From an uncultured bacterium (lineage in GTDB: Bacteria > Chloroflexota > UBA5177 > JANWHV01), in assembly GCA_963729625.1 (NCBI GenBank), contig CAVSOU010000010.1:736001-800000 (forward strand): 64,000 nucleotides of DNA, written 5' to 3'. Position 1 is the first letter of the stretch, and each line of letters begins with the position of its first letter. Positions 1-10,269 of this stretch are shown piece by piece. A program made the translations under genes and the position numbers. A model generated the notes under the pieces. It did not search any database. It had not been told where the DNA came from and worked only from the letters and a program-made list of their open reading frames with translations.

Positions 1-152
1 TCCGCGAGGAAGCGCGGCTTCCAATAATAGAAGGTGCGTCGGCCGACGTGGGCCACCCGACAGGCCTGCGCGACATCGCCCGTGGCTTGCCAGGTTTCGA
101 ACAAGAGTCGCCGTTGCGACGGCGTGGTGAGGGGGAAATAGGTGCGTGCCAT
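1..152 (-). mobile_element. N-terminus of IS-associated helix-turn-helix ORF (runs off window edge)
   Basis: Manual translation MARTYFPLTTPSQRRLLFETWQATGDVAQACRVAHVGRRTFYYWKPRF...; 'A-C-x3-V-x-R-x-T-F-Y-x-W-x2-R-F' is typical of transposase HTHs; absent from the ORF track. Confidence 0.65.
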
Positions 153-489
153 GCGCTTCGCCTTGTGCCTAGCCAGGAATCGTGCCTGTTCCACCTGGTC
201 CGCTCAGCATGGCACATCCGACGCTATGGTGCAACCTGCTCCTGCCCCCAACAGGTTGAATCGCTCTGTTGGCGCCTGGCTCATACACTTGCATACTAAT
301 GACTGCTCTCCCAGTTCGCAGTAGGCTGATGCGCTACCGCCCATACATTGATATACGGAACCCTCAGCCGGTTGGATTGCCAAATACGCTACCATGTTGG
401 TTGAATTGTTTCCGCATGTCGGGTGACGATCGCCACCATGGTACCATGTGCCGAGTCGCAGGACGTAGAGTTCGTGAAGAGGAGATGGC

Positions 490-1392
490 GTGCAATCATC
501 GATCGATCGTTGCCCCGTCTGTGGCCGTATCCACGACGGACCTGAAGGCCGGCGTATCTTCTCCCGCCTGTGGGTGTACACCAACTACGATTGCAATCTC
601 TGCTGCTCCTACTGCCTGGTCTCGTCCACCCCATCCGCGGATCGCCGGCGCTTGTCGCGTGGCGACTTCGAACGGCTGATCGACGAGGCATCGGACATCG
701 GCTTTGACGAGGTGTTTCTCACCGGCGGCGAGCCGGCCCTGTTGCCGGATATCACGGATATGCTTGGCTACGCGCTTCTCCGGATGCCCGTGACGCTGAT
801 GACCAACGGCATGCTCTGGAAAGGTGCGCGCCTGGCGCGACTCGAGTCGCTGTTGCGGATGCCGGAGAGCACCGATTTGACCTTGCAGACCAGTCTGGAC
901 AGCGGCAGTCCGGAGATCCATGATCGCAATCGCGGCGCGGGAACCTGGGCCAAGACGGTCGCAGGTATTCGGCGGTTGCAGGAGCGCGGCTTCCGTGTGC
1001 GCGTTGCCGCGACAACGTTGGCGCAGAACCAGCACGACCTTGAGGAATGGTCCTCATTCCTTGAGACGCAGGGTGTCACATCCGAGTATCGGCTCGTGCG
1101 CGATCTGGTGGCGCGGGGCGAGTCGAGCGAGGGAGCCGTGCTCACGGGCGAGGACATCGTGCCGGAAATGACGGTCGACGTGAGCGGCGTCTATTGGCAC
1201 CCAATCATGGGCGAGGATCTGCGCCTAACGGAGACCGTCTTCCCGCTTCGGAGTGCCGCCGAGCAGCTTGCTCGACTCTGGCATACGATCAGCGGCAAGG
1301 ACAGAGCTTCGGTGTTCCGCTGTGGCCCTGATCGAGCGGCAGCCGAGGAAGCAGACGGCGACATCTCGCTGCTGAAGATCGCATCTCATTGA
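490..1392 (+). CDS. Radical SAM protein, Rv1681/MoeX-like
   Basis: LWVYTNYDCNLCCSYC (CxxxCxxC), TGGEP, TNG motifs; AGGAG RBS before GTG; resembles the Rv1681-family N-terminus. Confidence 0.8.
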   Translation: MQSSIDRCPVCGRIHDGPEGRRIFSRLWVYTNYDCNLCCSYCLVSSTPSADRRRLSRGDFERLIDEASDIGFDEVFLTGGEPALLPDITDMLGYALLRMPVTLMTNGMLWKGARLARLESLLRMPESTDLTLQTSLDSGSPEIHDRNRGAGTWAKTVAGIRRLQERGFRVRVAATTLAQNQHDLEEWSSFLETQGVTSEYRLVRDLVARGESSEGAVLTGEDIVPEMTVDVSGVYWHPIMGEDLRLTETVFPLRSAAEQLARLWHTISGKDRASVFRCGPDRAAAEEADGDISLLKIASH

Positions 1393-1776
1393 CGTTGCCG
1401 CGATGTCACCTGCACCAGCATCGCTCACCACCCTTGGGAATGCACGGGTGCTCGCGCGTGCAGCGGCGAGCGCGCACACTGCAATCCTGGGCGTCGCGGC
1501 GTCAAGGTGCCGGCAGACGCCAAGGTATTCAGCGGAAGGAGTGAGCGATTGCAGCTTGTTCCTGGTCGCTGCCCATAGGGACGTTGCCGTCCGTCCACCC
1601 GGCGTTATGCGTCGACGCACCAACACGCGTATTTTGTCCGCAGTCCCGGTCGGCGGATTGGCGTCAGCGAGGCCACGATAGCAGCGAGTTCGGCACGGTC
1701 GCGCGGCGGCCCGCGGAACAGCCAGGCCCGTAGCAGAAGTGCGCCCACACGATACGCGGCCGCGGTCCCAAGAGAG

Positions 1777-2940
1777 TCACCCAGTGATCGTCAAGCTTAC
1801 GTGCTGGTAGGGCTGGTTCTCGAGGCAATTCTCCATGGCGCCAAAGAAGGAGAAGTCATAGGTGCCAGGCTTAACGCCCGCCGGGACCAGCCAGGTGCCC
1901 CGGTAGACATCGCTGCCCGCATGCGCAAGTAGCACGGAAAAGCCGAGCGGGCCGTTCACTGCGAACTCCTCTGCCGACAATGGCCCGCCCTTTCCGGGAC
2001 TGATGTGCGCCGAGAAGGTGATCGTATCCCCGGACTTGGCAGTCGTTGCTGAGATGGCGGCGCCGGTGACCGTGGGCAGGAGATCCTTGGGGAAGGTTTC
2101 TCGCGGCATCTTGAAGGAGTATTCGGTTACTTGCCCGGCCCTGATCGGAATTGGATGCCCATGATAGTACACGTAGCCCTGGGCGAAGCCGTAGGCGTCG
2201 GTCAGCGACACGGGCTTGAGGTGGTCGATGCGGTAGTGTCCGGACGAATCCGTCTCGCCGACACGCTTGAGCGTGGTCCATCCAAGCACCATGAAGGCGT
2301 GGGCGATGGGCTTGCCGCTGGTCGCGTCGGTCACGGTCCCCTGGACGGCGCCCATTGTGCCGTCGCCGGCGATAGGCATGGTCATCACGGACGTTCCCGT
2401 CGAGCTGCTACCCACCGTCAGCTGGGAGGCGGTGGACACAGTATCCACCTTGAACACGTCCCACATGCCGCCGACGGCATGCCCCGGCACGCCACACACA
2501 ATTGCGTAGGTGCCCACTTTTCCGGCCACGAACGAGAAGACCTCGGGCACCTTGAGATTGGCGACGCCGGCACTTGGATTCGGGCTTGCTGAGCCGGGGA
2601 AGGCGGGTGGGAACGGCCCGACCTGAGTTCGCAGGGCGTATGAGGTGATCACCACGCTGTGCCGCACGGCGGATCGGTTAGTATACGACACAACCACCTT
2701 CGCGCCTACCGGCACCGTGATGGTCAGATGTCCCATGTTGTAGCCGTCGAAATTGAAGCCGGAGCCGACCTGATTATAGGCGGCGGCGATCGTCAGGCTC
2801 GCCGTCTTGCTTCCGGGATCCCAACGCACCCAGACGGGTTCGGCGGCGCGTGCCTGTCGCGCCGGAATCGCGAGACCCGGCAATAGAGCGAGGCCCAGCA
2901 ACACACACGTCCCCGCCTGGACGAGCGACCGTCGTTTCAT
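1777..2940 (-). CDS. Secreted sulfocyanin-like blue copper protein fused to carboxypeptidase-regulatory/Ig-like domains
   Basis: MKRRSL signal peptide; FNFDG, HSVVI and CGVPGHAVGGMW type-1 Cu ligands; C-terminal GTVTDATSGKPI...TDSSGHY domain. Confidence 0.8.
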   Translation of the reverse strand: MKRRSLVQAGTCVLLGLALLPGLAIPARQARAAEPVWVRWDPGSKTASLTIAAAYNQVGSGFNFDGYNMGHLTITVPVGAKVVVSYTNRSAVRHSVVITSYALRTQVGPFPPAFPGSASPNPSAGVANLKVPEVFSFVAGKVGTYAIVCGVPGHAVGGMWDVFKVDTVSTASQLTVGSSSTGTSVMTMPIAGDGTMGAVQGTVTDATSGKPIAHAFMVLGWTTLKRVGETDSSGHYRIDHLKPVSLTDAYGFAQGYVYYHGHPIPIRAGQVTEYSFKMPRETFPKDLLPTVTGAAISATTAKSGDTITFSAHISPGKGGPLSAEEFAVNGPLGFSVLLAHAGSDVYRGTWLVPAGVKPGTYDFSFFGAMENCLENQPYQHVSLTITG

Positions 2941-3097
2941 GTGGTGTCCCCTTTCGTGTTTGCGATTCTTGCCACTGCACCCGACAGGGCGCGGGCTCCT
3001 TCCAGTGTAGTGAGACTGAGGCGAATATCGCGCGATTGCTGCGGCGCGGCGCGCTCCCCTACACCTTTCCCCTACGGCTGGCTGCGCAGTCCCGGAT

Positions 3098-3808
3098 TCA
3101 TCGCCCGTCTGCGGAACGGCGGCCGAAGGCATAGCGGACGGTGACGCCCAGGATATAGTAGGTCGCCAGCACGCTGCCCCTGACGGTTCCTGAAATCTTG
3201 GATTGACCGATACGTCGGCGATAGCTGACCGGTACCTCGCTCACACGAGCGCCGCGCCGAGCTGCCTTCACCATCATCTCCGTTGGCCACCCATAGGTCA
3301 TCTCCCGCATCGCCAGGTCGAACAGCAATTCGGCGCGGATGGCGCGGAACGGCCCCAAATCGGTGATCCGCATCCCGTAGAGCAGCCGCATCAGATGGGA
3401 AACCAACCAGTTGCCGAATAGTTGATGGGTCGCCAGAGCACCGGGCTCGCGCCGCCCTCGCAGCCGCGATCCGATCACCAGGTCGGCGGCTCCAGACAGA
3501 ATCGGCTCCAGTACGCGAGTCGCCTCCTCGGGGAAGTCGCTGTAGTCGCCATCCAGAAACAAGAGGATATCGGCTCCGTGCGCCGCGGCGACACCGGCGG
3601 CGCAGGCACGGCCGTAGCCTGGACGCAACTCCGTCACCACCTGCGCCCCTGCTGCCCGCGCCACGGCCGCAGTATTATCCGTGCTCCCATTATCGACCAC
3701 GATCACCTGTGCCACGACGTCGCGTGGCAGCGCGGCGATCACCTTCCCGATCGCCTGCTCCTCGTTCCGGGCCGGAATCACGGCCACTACACGGAGTCGT
3801 GCGTGCAT
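3098..3808 (-). CDS. Glycosyltransferase family 2 (polyprenol-phosphate sugar synthase-like)
   Basis: IPARNEE, VVDNGSTD, FLDGDYSD, DLGPFRAI motifs. Confidence 0.9.
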   Translation of the reverse strand: MHARLRVVAVIPARNEEQAIGKVIAALPRDVVAQVIVVDNGSTDNTAAVARAAGAQVVTELRPGYGRACAAGVAAAHGADILLFLDGDYSDFPEEATRVLEPILSGAADLVIGSRLRGRREPGALATHQLFGNWLVSHLMRLLYGMRITDLGPFRAIRAELLFDLAMREMTYGWPTEMMVKAARRGARVSEVPVSYRRRIGQSKISGTVRGSVLATYYILGVTVRYAFGRRSADGR

Positions 3809-3832
3809 CGCGATACGCCTTTCGTGCCTCGT

Positions 3833-5491
3833 TTATCTTCGCGCATGGCCAACATTACCGGCCGGTGCCGGGTGGGAGGCGGGACATGCCGTAGCACCGC
3901 GCGCAGTCCAGACGAGAGCCGCGGTGAATCGCTCTGGTGCCTGGCCTGCGCAGGCCACAAGCCGTCGCACCCAACTAGGCCACTGCGCTGCGGGCCAGCG
4001 TGGCGGCTGCACGACGACGAAGCGGAGCGGTGCCGGATGACCGCTGAGATGTCCCCCCGCGGCTAGCAGCAGCGCCGAATAAGCGTCGACCGTGTCGTCC
4101 GGGGCGGTGAAGAGCAGGTTGAAGCGTTGACCGCCGGCCTGCAGCACGATGAAGGCACTCACCTGCCGCATTTGCGCAAGAGTGATCAAGTTCGAGCGAT
4201 CGGGCCGTAGCGTGATCTGGAAGCGGTCGGGCAGGAAGCTTGCCTGCCACGTGTGGGCGACGTTGCTCCCGGCCAGAATCAGCGCCAGCACCACCGCTGC
4301 TCCGCGTACCGCTTGCGGCACGATCGTGCGTGGCCCTCCCACCATGTGGAGAGCCGGCAGACGGCCGGCAAGCAGGCCCAGCGCGAGTGCCGGCACCGGG
4401 AACAGCGGCATGGCGTAGTGCGGGCGAAGCTGGGAGCCGAAGAACAGGTACCCTGCCAGGTAGACGCCGCTGTACAGCAGCAGTAGCCGTGCCAACGGGG
4501 CGCCGCCGACTCGCGCGCCGGCGATCGTACTGTGCGCTCGCATGCCACCTGACGGCAGGGTCGCCTTGGCACTGACGCCGAGAAGGAGCACCATGCCGAG
4601 CACGGCCGCTGGACCCGGCTGACGCACGCCCACCAGGCGCTGCAGCAGCAGGAGCACGCGGGCAAGGGTCGGTCCGACCGCGCGCGTGCCACCGTTGCCG
4701 TGGTGGCTATAGGCGAGCCAGGCCCGCGTCTCCACCAGTCCATGCGTGACATCGTGAATGATGGATGGCGCGAAAAGCGCTAGAAGAGCCAGCAGCCCGA
4801 GCAGCGCGTAGCGCCGGCAGCCCAACTGGGGCCTGAACACGTAGAAGTAGAGTGTCAGGAAGGGAAGGAGCAGTACGGCGGTAGGCTGCAGCTGCAGAGC
4901 GATGCCAAGCCAGACTCCCAGTAGCGCCAGGTGATACTGGCGTCCCTCGCTCAGTGCCAGCAAGCTCCAGAACATCAACAACACAAGGCAGGGCAGCATG
5001 TTGGGCCAGAGGAAGCGCGAGTAGTAGACGACCTCCTGCGCGGTGGCCAGCACCAGCGCCCCAACCAGCCCAGCCACGCGCCCCCCGCCGTGGCGCGCCA
5101 GTAGTCCACAGCACAGTCCTACCGCAATGACTTGGCAGACTCCGTTCAGCGCCACCGCGGCCGTGGGATTGAATCCGGACAACCAAAGCGGCAGGGCGAT
5201 CAGGTAGTCGAAGAGCGGGCCCAGGTGTGCACTGCCGACCGCCAGCGCCAGACCGTAGGCGGGGGGCTGATGCTGCAAGACGAGGGCCCGGACAGCCAGG
5301 ACAAGGCTGCCCTCGTCACCGTGAAAACTCTGCAGGCTGTCCAGCCGGTAGAACTGCAGAAATGCCGAGAGGCACAGGATCGACCCTAGCGCCAGCGCGC
5401 CGGAGTGCCGAGCGCGACGCTTCACGACGCCGACGACTTCATTGATACCTGAGGAATCTGCAGCATTCACGCCGGAGACGTCCGAATCCAC
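3833..5491 (-). CDS. ArnT/PMT-family (GT-C) integral membrane glycosyltransferase
   Basis: N-terminal TM helix then HGDE motif, GPLFDYL, about 10 TM helices. Confidence 0.75.
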   Translation of the reverse strand: MDSDVSGVNAADSSGINEVVGVVKRRARHSGALALGSILCLSAFLQFYRLDSLQSFHGDEGSLVLAVRALVLQHQPPAYGLALAVGSAHLGPLFDYLIALPLWLSGFNPTAAVALNGVCQVIAVGLCCGLLARHGGGRVAGLVGALVLATAQEVVYYSRFLWPNMLPCLVLLMFWSLLALSEGRQYHLALLGVWLGIALQLQPTAVLLLPFLTLYFYVFRPQLGCRRYALLGLLALLALFAPSIIHDVTHGLVETRAWLAYSHHGNGGTRAVGPTLARVLLLLQRLVGVRQPGPAAVLGMVLLLGVSAKATLPSGGMRAHSTIAGARVGGAPLARLLLLYSGVYLAGYLFFGSQLRPHYAMPLFPVPALALGLLAGRLPALHMVGGPRTIVPQAVRGAAVVLALILAGSNVAHTWQASFLPDRFQITLRPDRSNLITLAQMRQVSAFIVLQAGGQRFNLLFTAPDDTVDAYSALLLAAGGHLSGHPAPLRFVVVQPPRWPAAQWPSWVRRLVACAGQAPERFTAALVWTARGATACPASHPAPAGNVGHARR

Positions 5492-5839
5492 AGCGGACTA
5501 TGCTCACCGCCGATGTGGCGAACTACCACTCCAGATCGAATCGCTCGGGCACGAGCGGGACCGGACAGCGTCGCTGCGAGGACGAGCAACAGTACAAACC
5601 TGGATGCCACAACTACCCGGCAGCGCTTGTTGGTCACAGCGGCCCCAGTGCGGCGGCCCGGATCGCGAGAGAGAAGGCCGTGGCGTTGTGCCAGTGAGGA
5701 CATGTGGGTACCGCGACGACAAGCCGGGCGATCATACCAGAGTGCCTCCCGCTACAGTATCCTCAATACGCCATCGGAATGGAATTCCCTTCGTCGCACT
5801 CCAGAAACGCGCTACACGCCTACCGAAGGAGGCACGTAT

Positions 5840-6220
5840 TTGGACCGCCCGACTGCGGCACGCGCTGGCCGGCGTGAGGGCGCTGAGACCGCGCGCCGGC
5901 TACTCGTCGTAGCGCTGGTGGCAGCGGTTGTGCTGGCAGGAGGGATCCTCGTGCAGCGTCAGCGGCTGCGGCAGAGCCAGCGCGACTGGCAAGCAGCGGT
6001 CGCGCGTGGCCGTTTCGACTACGCCACGGGCTCGTGCATTTCCTGCCATGCACTCGCTCCGATCTCCTCCGCGGGCGCCGCGATCGACCTCAGCCATGAA
6101 GGGAGTAGGCGTACGTTGACCTGGCTACAACACGAGATTCGCTTTCCAACCTCCATCCGACCGCCTACTCCGGCCGGGCAGGCCAATGATCTGGCGGCGT
6201 TTCTAAGCAGCCTGAAGTAG
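5840..6220 (+). CDS. Membrane-anchored monoheme cytochrome c
   Basis: GAAGGAGG RBS then TTG; TM helix; CISCH; DLSHEGSRR-x3-WL; DLAAFLSSLK end. Confidence 0.8.
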   Translation: MDRPTAARAGRREGAETARRLLVVALVAAVVLAGGILVQRQRLRQSQRDWQAAVARGRFDYATGSCISCHALAPISSAGAAIDLSHEGSRRTLTWLQHEIRFPTSIRPPTPAGQANDLAAFLSSLK

Positions 6221-6459
6221 CGGGAGCGAGGATGGCGTCGTGTTGGTGCGCTACTATGCCATCCCCGAGTTCTCTGTGGTGGATCGCGGCCCAGATTGAC
6301 CCGCTCGTCGAACTTGGCGGGTCGCAGACGTCAGCGTGGCCGGGCAACCTGCCCCGCTGAGCTCGGAGGACTATGCTTGAGAGGGTAAGTCCTGATGCGC
6401 ACATCAGCGACTGTCGCAAAGCACCAGCCCGCTGCACCGGCCAGCTATATCCGCACTGG

Positions 6460-6489
6460 TTGATACCGTACCGGGGTATGGGATATACT
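6460..6489 (+). promoter_or_regulatory. CsoR/CstR-type operator (ATACCGTACCGGGGTAT) inside a sigma70 promoter
   Basis: TTGATA-18-TATACT with ATACC-N7-GGTAT overlapping the -35 and spacer; motif recurs six times. Confidence 0.8.
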
Positions 6490-6561
6490 GTGTGCAGTGA
6501 AATACTTGCATGGTAGGACGCGGCGCGGTGCGCCTCGACCACGCTTGAAAGGAGCAGAACT

Positions 6562-6765
6562 GTGCGACAGCGTTGGGCATGGGCTAACAACCGGGTGGCA
6601 CCGCGCATACGCGTCGCGCTGGGGTTTGCCCTCGTCGCAGTCGGCTTCGCGGTAGGAGGAAGCACAATCGGTGTCGGATTGACGCTGCTCGGCGTCTTGG
6701 TGTTCCGGACGGGTACTTGTGGCCGCTGTGTGTTTGGCTCCTGCCCGCCGAGACGCGCCCGCTAG
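6562..6765 (+). CDS. DUF2892/YgaP-like small membrane protein
   Basis: AAAGGAG RBS; two TM helices, R-x-x-LG, G-x-C motif; precedes a rhodanese. Confidence 0.65.
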   Translation: MRQRWAWANNRVAPRIRVALGFALVAVGFAVGGSTIGVGLTLLGVLVFRTGTCGRCVFGSCPPRRAR

Positions 6766-6848
6766 CAGGTTGTGTTGCACAGTCAGGAGACGGAGGCGCT
6801 GACAGCGGCAGCCGCTGGAGACTTGATGAGGAGAAGAGGAGCAAGCAG

Positions 6849-7202
6849 ATGACTCAGTTCAGGCAATTGACGGGATCGACGGGGCCAACCGGGGCGGCGG
6901 AGGTGGAAGTGACCGCTGCGTACACCCTGCAACAGCAGGGCGCACAGCTGATTGACGTGCGCGAAGCGGATGAGTTTCGTTCGGGCCACGCGGTAGGAGC
7001 ACGGAACATACCTCTGGGCGAGCTACGCAGCCGTCTGCAGGAGCTGCAAGCCGGCGCGACGGTGCTGCTTATCTGCGAGAGCGGCAGCCGCAGCTGGTCG
7101 GCGCAGCTTCAGCTGCAGCACCTTGGCGTGCCCGACGTGCGGAACGTGATCGGCGGCACCAGCGCTTGGCGGTGGGCGCGGTTGCCCACGCGGGCCGGAT
7201 AG
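6849..7202 (+). CDS. Rhodanese-like sulfurtransferase
   Basis: LIDVRE-x2-EF-x2-GH, CESGSRS active loop, GGTSAW. Confidence 0.92.
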   Translation: MTQFRQLTGSTGPTGAAEVEVTAAYTLQQQGAQLIDVREADEFRSGHAVGARNIPLGELRSRLQELQAGATVLLICESGSRSWSAQLQLQHLGVPDVRNVIGGTSAWRWARLPTRAG

Positions 7203-7269
7203 CCTGCGGAGCCGCGCGTCACTTGGCAACGCGCGACAGAGCACGATAGAAGGGAAGACAGGTGAGGCT

Positions 7270-7680
7270 ATGGCGACCGAAATTGCAAGCGCGCTTGGCA
7301 TCGGCAAGCGCTTGAACCTGACCTTTGACACGGCCATGGAGCGGACCCGGGCGGCGCTCACGGCGCAGGGTTTCGGCGTGCTGACGGAAATCGATATTCG
7401 AAAGACGCTGAAGGAGAAGCTGGACGTGGACTTCCGGCGGTACACCATTCTGGGCGCGTGTAATCCGCCGTTTGCCCACCGCGCCCTCTCCGCGGACCTC
7501 GAAGTTGGGCTGCTGCTCCCCTGCAATGTCGTGTTGTATGAAGATGGTGCCGGCACTGTCGTGCGGGCCATGGACCCGCAAGCCGTGCTGGGACTGATGA
7601 CCAATCCGGCGATCACCAGCCTGGCCCGCGAGGTGCGCGACCGCCTGGTGCGCGCCTTCGCCACCCTTGACGACGACTGA
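7270..7680 (+). CDS. DUF302 domain protein
   Basis: GFGVLTEID, YTILGACNP, GLLLPCNVV motifs. Confidence 0.92.
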   Translation: MATEIASALGIGKRLNLTFDTAMERTRAALTAQGFGVLTEIDIRKTLKEKLDVDFRRYTILGACNPPFAHRALSADLEVGLLLPCNVVLYEDGAGTVVRAMDPQAVLGLMTNPAITSLAREVRDRLVRAFATLDDD

Positions 7681-7755
7681 CCACCAGCGCGTGCAGGTGC
7701 CTGCGACGCGGAACGATTGCCTACTGACAGCCGAACGCGCTGTCGAAAGGAGGAG

Positions 7756-8208
7756 TTGGCCCTGACACGCGCCAAGGCTGTGTTGCTGCTCTCGATTGCA
7801 CTTCTCGCGTGCGGTCTCCTGGTGCCGGCCTCTGCCGCCGGCGCGAGCCAGACGATCACCGGCGCCAAGGTCAGCGTGCCGGGAGGCAGCTATCGCGCCG
7901 TTACGCCGCGCGAGCTGGCGACGATGCTGGCCCACAAGAACTTCCTGCTGGTGAACGTGCACTACCCCTATGCCGGCGAACTGCCACATACCGATCGCTT
8001 CCTGCCTTACGACACGATCGGCCAGCACCTTTTGTCCCTGCCCGCGAACAAGCATGCCATGGTCGTACTGTACTGCCGCAGCGGGCGCATGAGCGATATC
8101 GCGGCGCGCACACTCGTCCGGCTCGGTTTCAACAACGTCTGGCATCTGGCGGGCGGCATGGATGCCTGGCAGCAGCAGGGCTACAAGCTACTCTTTCTCT
8201 TCCGCTGA
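7756..8208 (+). CDS. Secreted rhodanese-like protein
   Basis: Signal peptide ending ASA-A; YCRSGRMS, LAGGMDAW; start could be TTG 7756 or CTG 7762. Confidence 0.85.
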   Translation: MALTRAKAVLLLSIALLACGLLVPASAAGASQTITGAKVSVPGGSYRAVTPRELATMLAHKNFLLVNVHYPYAGELPHTDRFLPYDTIGQHLLSLPANKHAMVVLYCRSGRMSDIAARTLVRLGFNNVWHLAGGMDAWQQQGYKLLFLFR

Positions 8209-8260
8209 CCGGTCGTAACGACGGTCCGCTCCGCACGCCTGCACGCGAAAGGATCTTACC

Positions 8261-8680
8261 GTGAAGCTCCTATCCGGACTATCACTTGTCGCCCTGCTGA
8301 GGGCGCTCTCGGCACAAATCGTTTCCCATCCAACCGCGGTCCCGTGCATACCACGCGCCCGCTTTCTCACCGTTGCCGATTTGGCGGATCTCGACGAATG
8401 CTTTGCGCGCTCTCAGCAGCGGCCGGTCGTCCTGTTCCTCCACGATCCTGGCTGCCCGATCAGTGACGCAGCCTATCGGCAGGTGTCCGGACTCGATGCC
8501 GAGGTCAGGCTGGTCGACGTGCGCACCGGGAGGTCGATCACGCGCGCTGTGGAAGACCGCACCGGCGTGCGCCACGAATCGCCGCAGGTCCTCGTGCTCA
8601 AGAGTGGTCAGGCACTATGGTCGGCATCCCACTACGCCATCACCTCCCGCGCTGTCGAGGCGGCAATACTCGGGACCTGA
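8261..8680 (+). CDS. brxC: Monothiol bacilliredoxin BrxC/YtxJ (DUF2847)
   Basis: H-x3-CPIS and VRHESPQ, SH-x2-IT motifs; true start may be further downstream. Confidence 0.8.
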   Translation: MKLLSGLSLVALLRALSAQIVSHPTAVPCIPRARFLTVADLADLDECFARSQQRPVVLFLHDPGCPISDAAYRQVSGLDAEVRLVDVRTGRSITRAVEDRTGVRHESPQVLVLKSGQALWSASHYAITSRAVEAAILGT

Positions 8681-8888
8681 CAGGCGGGCCGGCACGGCCA
8701 GGTCCTGGGAACGTTGTTATATATGCCGCACTGCGCCGGTTCGAAGAGGTACGCGTACGCGCTGGCTCCTACGCCTCTAGCCCCCCACCATTTGCATCTT
8801 GCATGTATCGGCGTCAAAGCTTTGGATCGTAGTAGCTCGCAGCCAGCGCGTCGAGGTCGATCGGCGAGACGACACGCCCCTCGGACTG

Positions 8889-8936
8889 TTGACATGTAAC
8901 AAATACCATGTATATATAATACATGGTATTTGTTAC
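8889..8936 (+). promoter_or_regulatory. Strong promoter-like sequence with perfect 18-bp inverted repeat (likely TetR operator)
   Basis: TTGACA at 8889; GTAACAAATACCATGTAT-atata-ATACATGGTATTTGTTAC; TATAAT within the repeat. Confidence 0.7.
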
Positions 8937-9028
8937 CGCGGCGCTGTGCTTGCGCGTGCTGCCGGCGGCGTCTCGACAAGGTCGGTCCATGCCTGCGCTC
9001 ATCGAAGGGCTGCGGCAACCGTCACTGC

Positions 9029-9346
9029 ATGAATCCGGACGCCCACCGCGTAGAGCCACGGAAGATGGAAAGGACCGCCACACGGGATGAAACGCTTGAT
9101 GCGAGGGAAGCGATCTATGAGCTGCTCTCCACAGACGGCCACACTTATGTGCTGCAGAGCTATGCCCTGATCGTCGATCCCGGCTTGACCCAGGCTGCAC
9201 TGCCCACGCTATCTGGCCGCCTCACGCTGCCGAAGGGATGGCGGTACCGGATGGTCGTTCCGGCGCAGGACCTCGTGCTGAAAGTCACAGGCAAAGCTAC
9301 TGTCCTGCAGGACAGCCTGGACGATACCTATCAGCTGGTGAAGTAG
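9029..9346 (+). pseudogene. C-terminal fragment of a conserved hypothetical protein
   Basis: YEL-x3-DG-x2-YVLQSY...LPKGWRY...VLQD-x3-DTY looks protein-like; N-terminus not coding-like and no RBS. Confidence 0.5.
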
Positions 9347-9478
9347 CGTGGGGTTGGTCGCCTCCCTCCCCAGGCCACACCGTGGACACGGCGGTATGTG
9401 GCGCAGGACACCGAACATAGGAAGCAAACGGGCTCGTTCAGCAGTACGTGGCCGGTAAGAGTAAGAGGAGGACTGCTG

Positions 9479-10237
9479 TTGCCTCGACCACCTCTGAGCG
9501 AAGCGCAGCTCCAAGCCATGCGCACGCGCATTCTCGACGCCGCGCTCGACATCCTGCTCAAGGAAGGCCCACACGGTCTGACGTCGCGGGCGATCGCGCG
9601 TGCTCTGGGTATTGCTCATATGACCTTGTTCACCTACTTCGAGAACCAGGCAGCCCTCCTCGCGGCGCTGGCAGAGCGGGAAATGGCTCCCATTCGGACA
9701 GACCAGCAGCGTCTCGAACGCCAGGCGGAGGATGGTGATATCGTGCGGGTGATGCGCGACGCACTCGCGCTGTATCCGCGCTTCGCCGCCGAGCACTCCA
9801 GGCTCTTCCAGCTGGCCATGGCGGGCCCCCAGCTCGAAGGCGGCAGCGCTGACCGGGCTCGTGCCCGCTCCCAAACGCACGTCACGCACCTGGCGCGGCT
9901 GGTGCAGGTGGGCATCGCCCGCGGCACGTTTCACCCCCACGATCCCGTGCTGGCTGCTAGCGCGGTCATGGGCATGGTCGCGATGCCGCTGTTGCTGTTT
10001 GCCACCGGCCGTATCGCCTCCGAGGATCAGCGTGATGCGCTGGTGGCCGAGATGCTGGAGGCGGCGCTGCTGTATCTCACCGTCCCACCAGCGGCAGCGG
10101 AAGCGCACGGCGAGCACTGGAATCGACAAGCCGGTTCAAGAACAACCGGTGAACGTCCGCTGAGTCCGGAGGTCAAACCACTGCATGAGCCTGCACGTCG
10201 GGCCGTGGGTCAGAGAAGGACCGGGCCCGACCAGTAG
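9479..10237 (+). CDS. TetR/AcrR family transcriptional regulator
   Basis: GAGGAGG RBS then TTG; ILDAA...TSRAIARALGIAHMTLFTYFEN HTH. Confidence 0.9.
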   Translation: MPRPPLSEAQLQAMRTRILDAALDILLKEGPHGLTSRAIARALGIAHMTLFTYFENQAALLAALAEREMAPIRTDQQRLERQAEDGDIVRVMRDALALYPRFAAEHSRLFQLAMAGPQLEGGSADRARARSQTHVTHLARLVQVGIARGTFHPHDPVLAASAVMGMVAMPLLLFATGRIASEDQRDALVAEMLEAALLYLTVPPAAAEAHGEHWNRQAGSRTTGERPLSPEVKPLHEPARRAVGQRRTGPDQ

Positions 10238-10269
10238 TTGGGCCACCATTCACCAGAAAGAGAGACATC

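Noticed and set aside
437-448. Palindrome CATGGTACCATG upstream of the radical SAM gene
   Set aside because: Single short occurrence that does not fit the ATACC-N7-GGTAT spacing
5467-5703. Small ORF with signal-peptide-like stretch
   Set aside because: No RBS or recognisable domain, and it overlaps the GT-C start; cannot be supported
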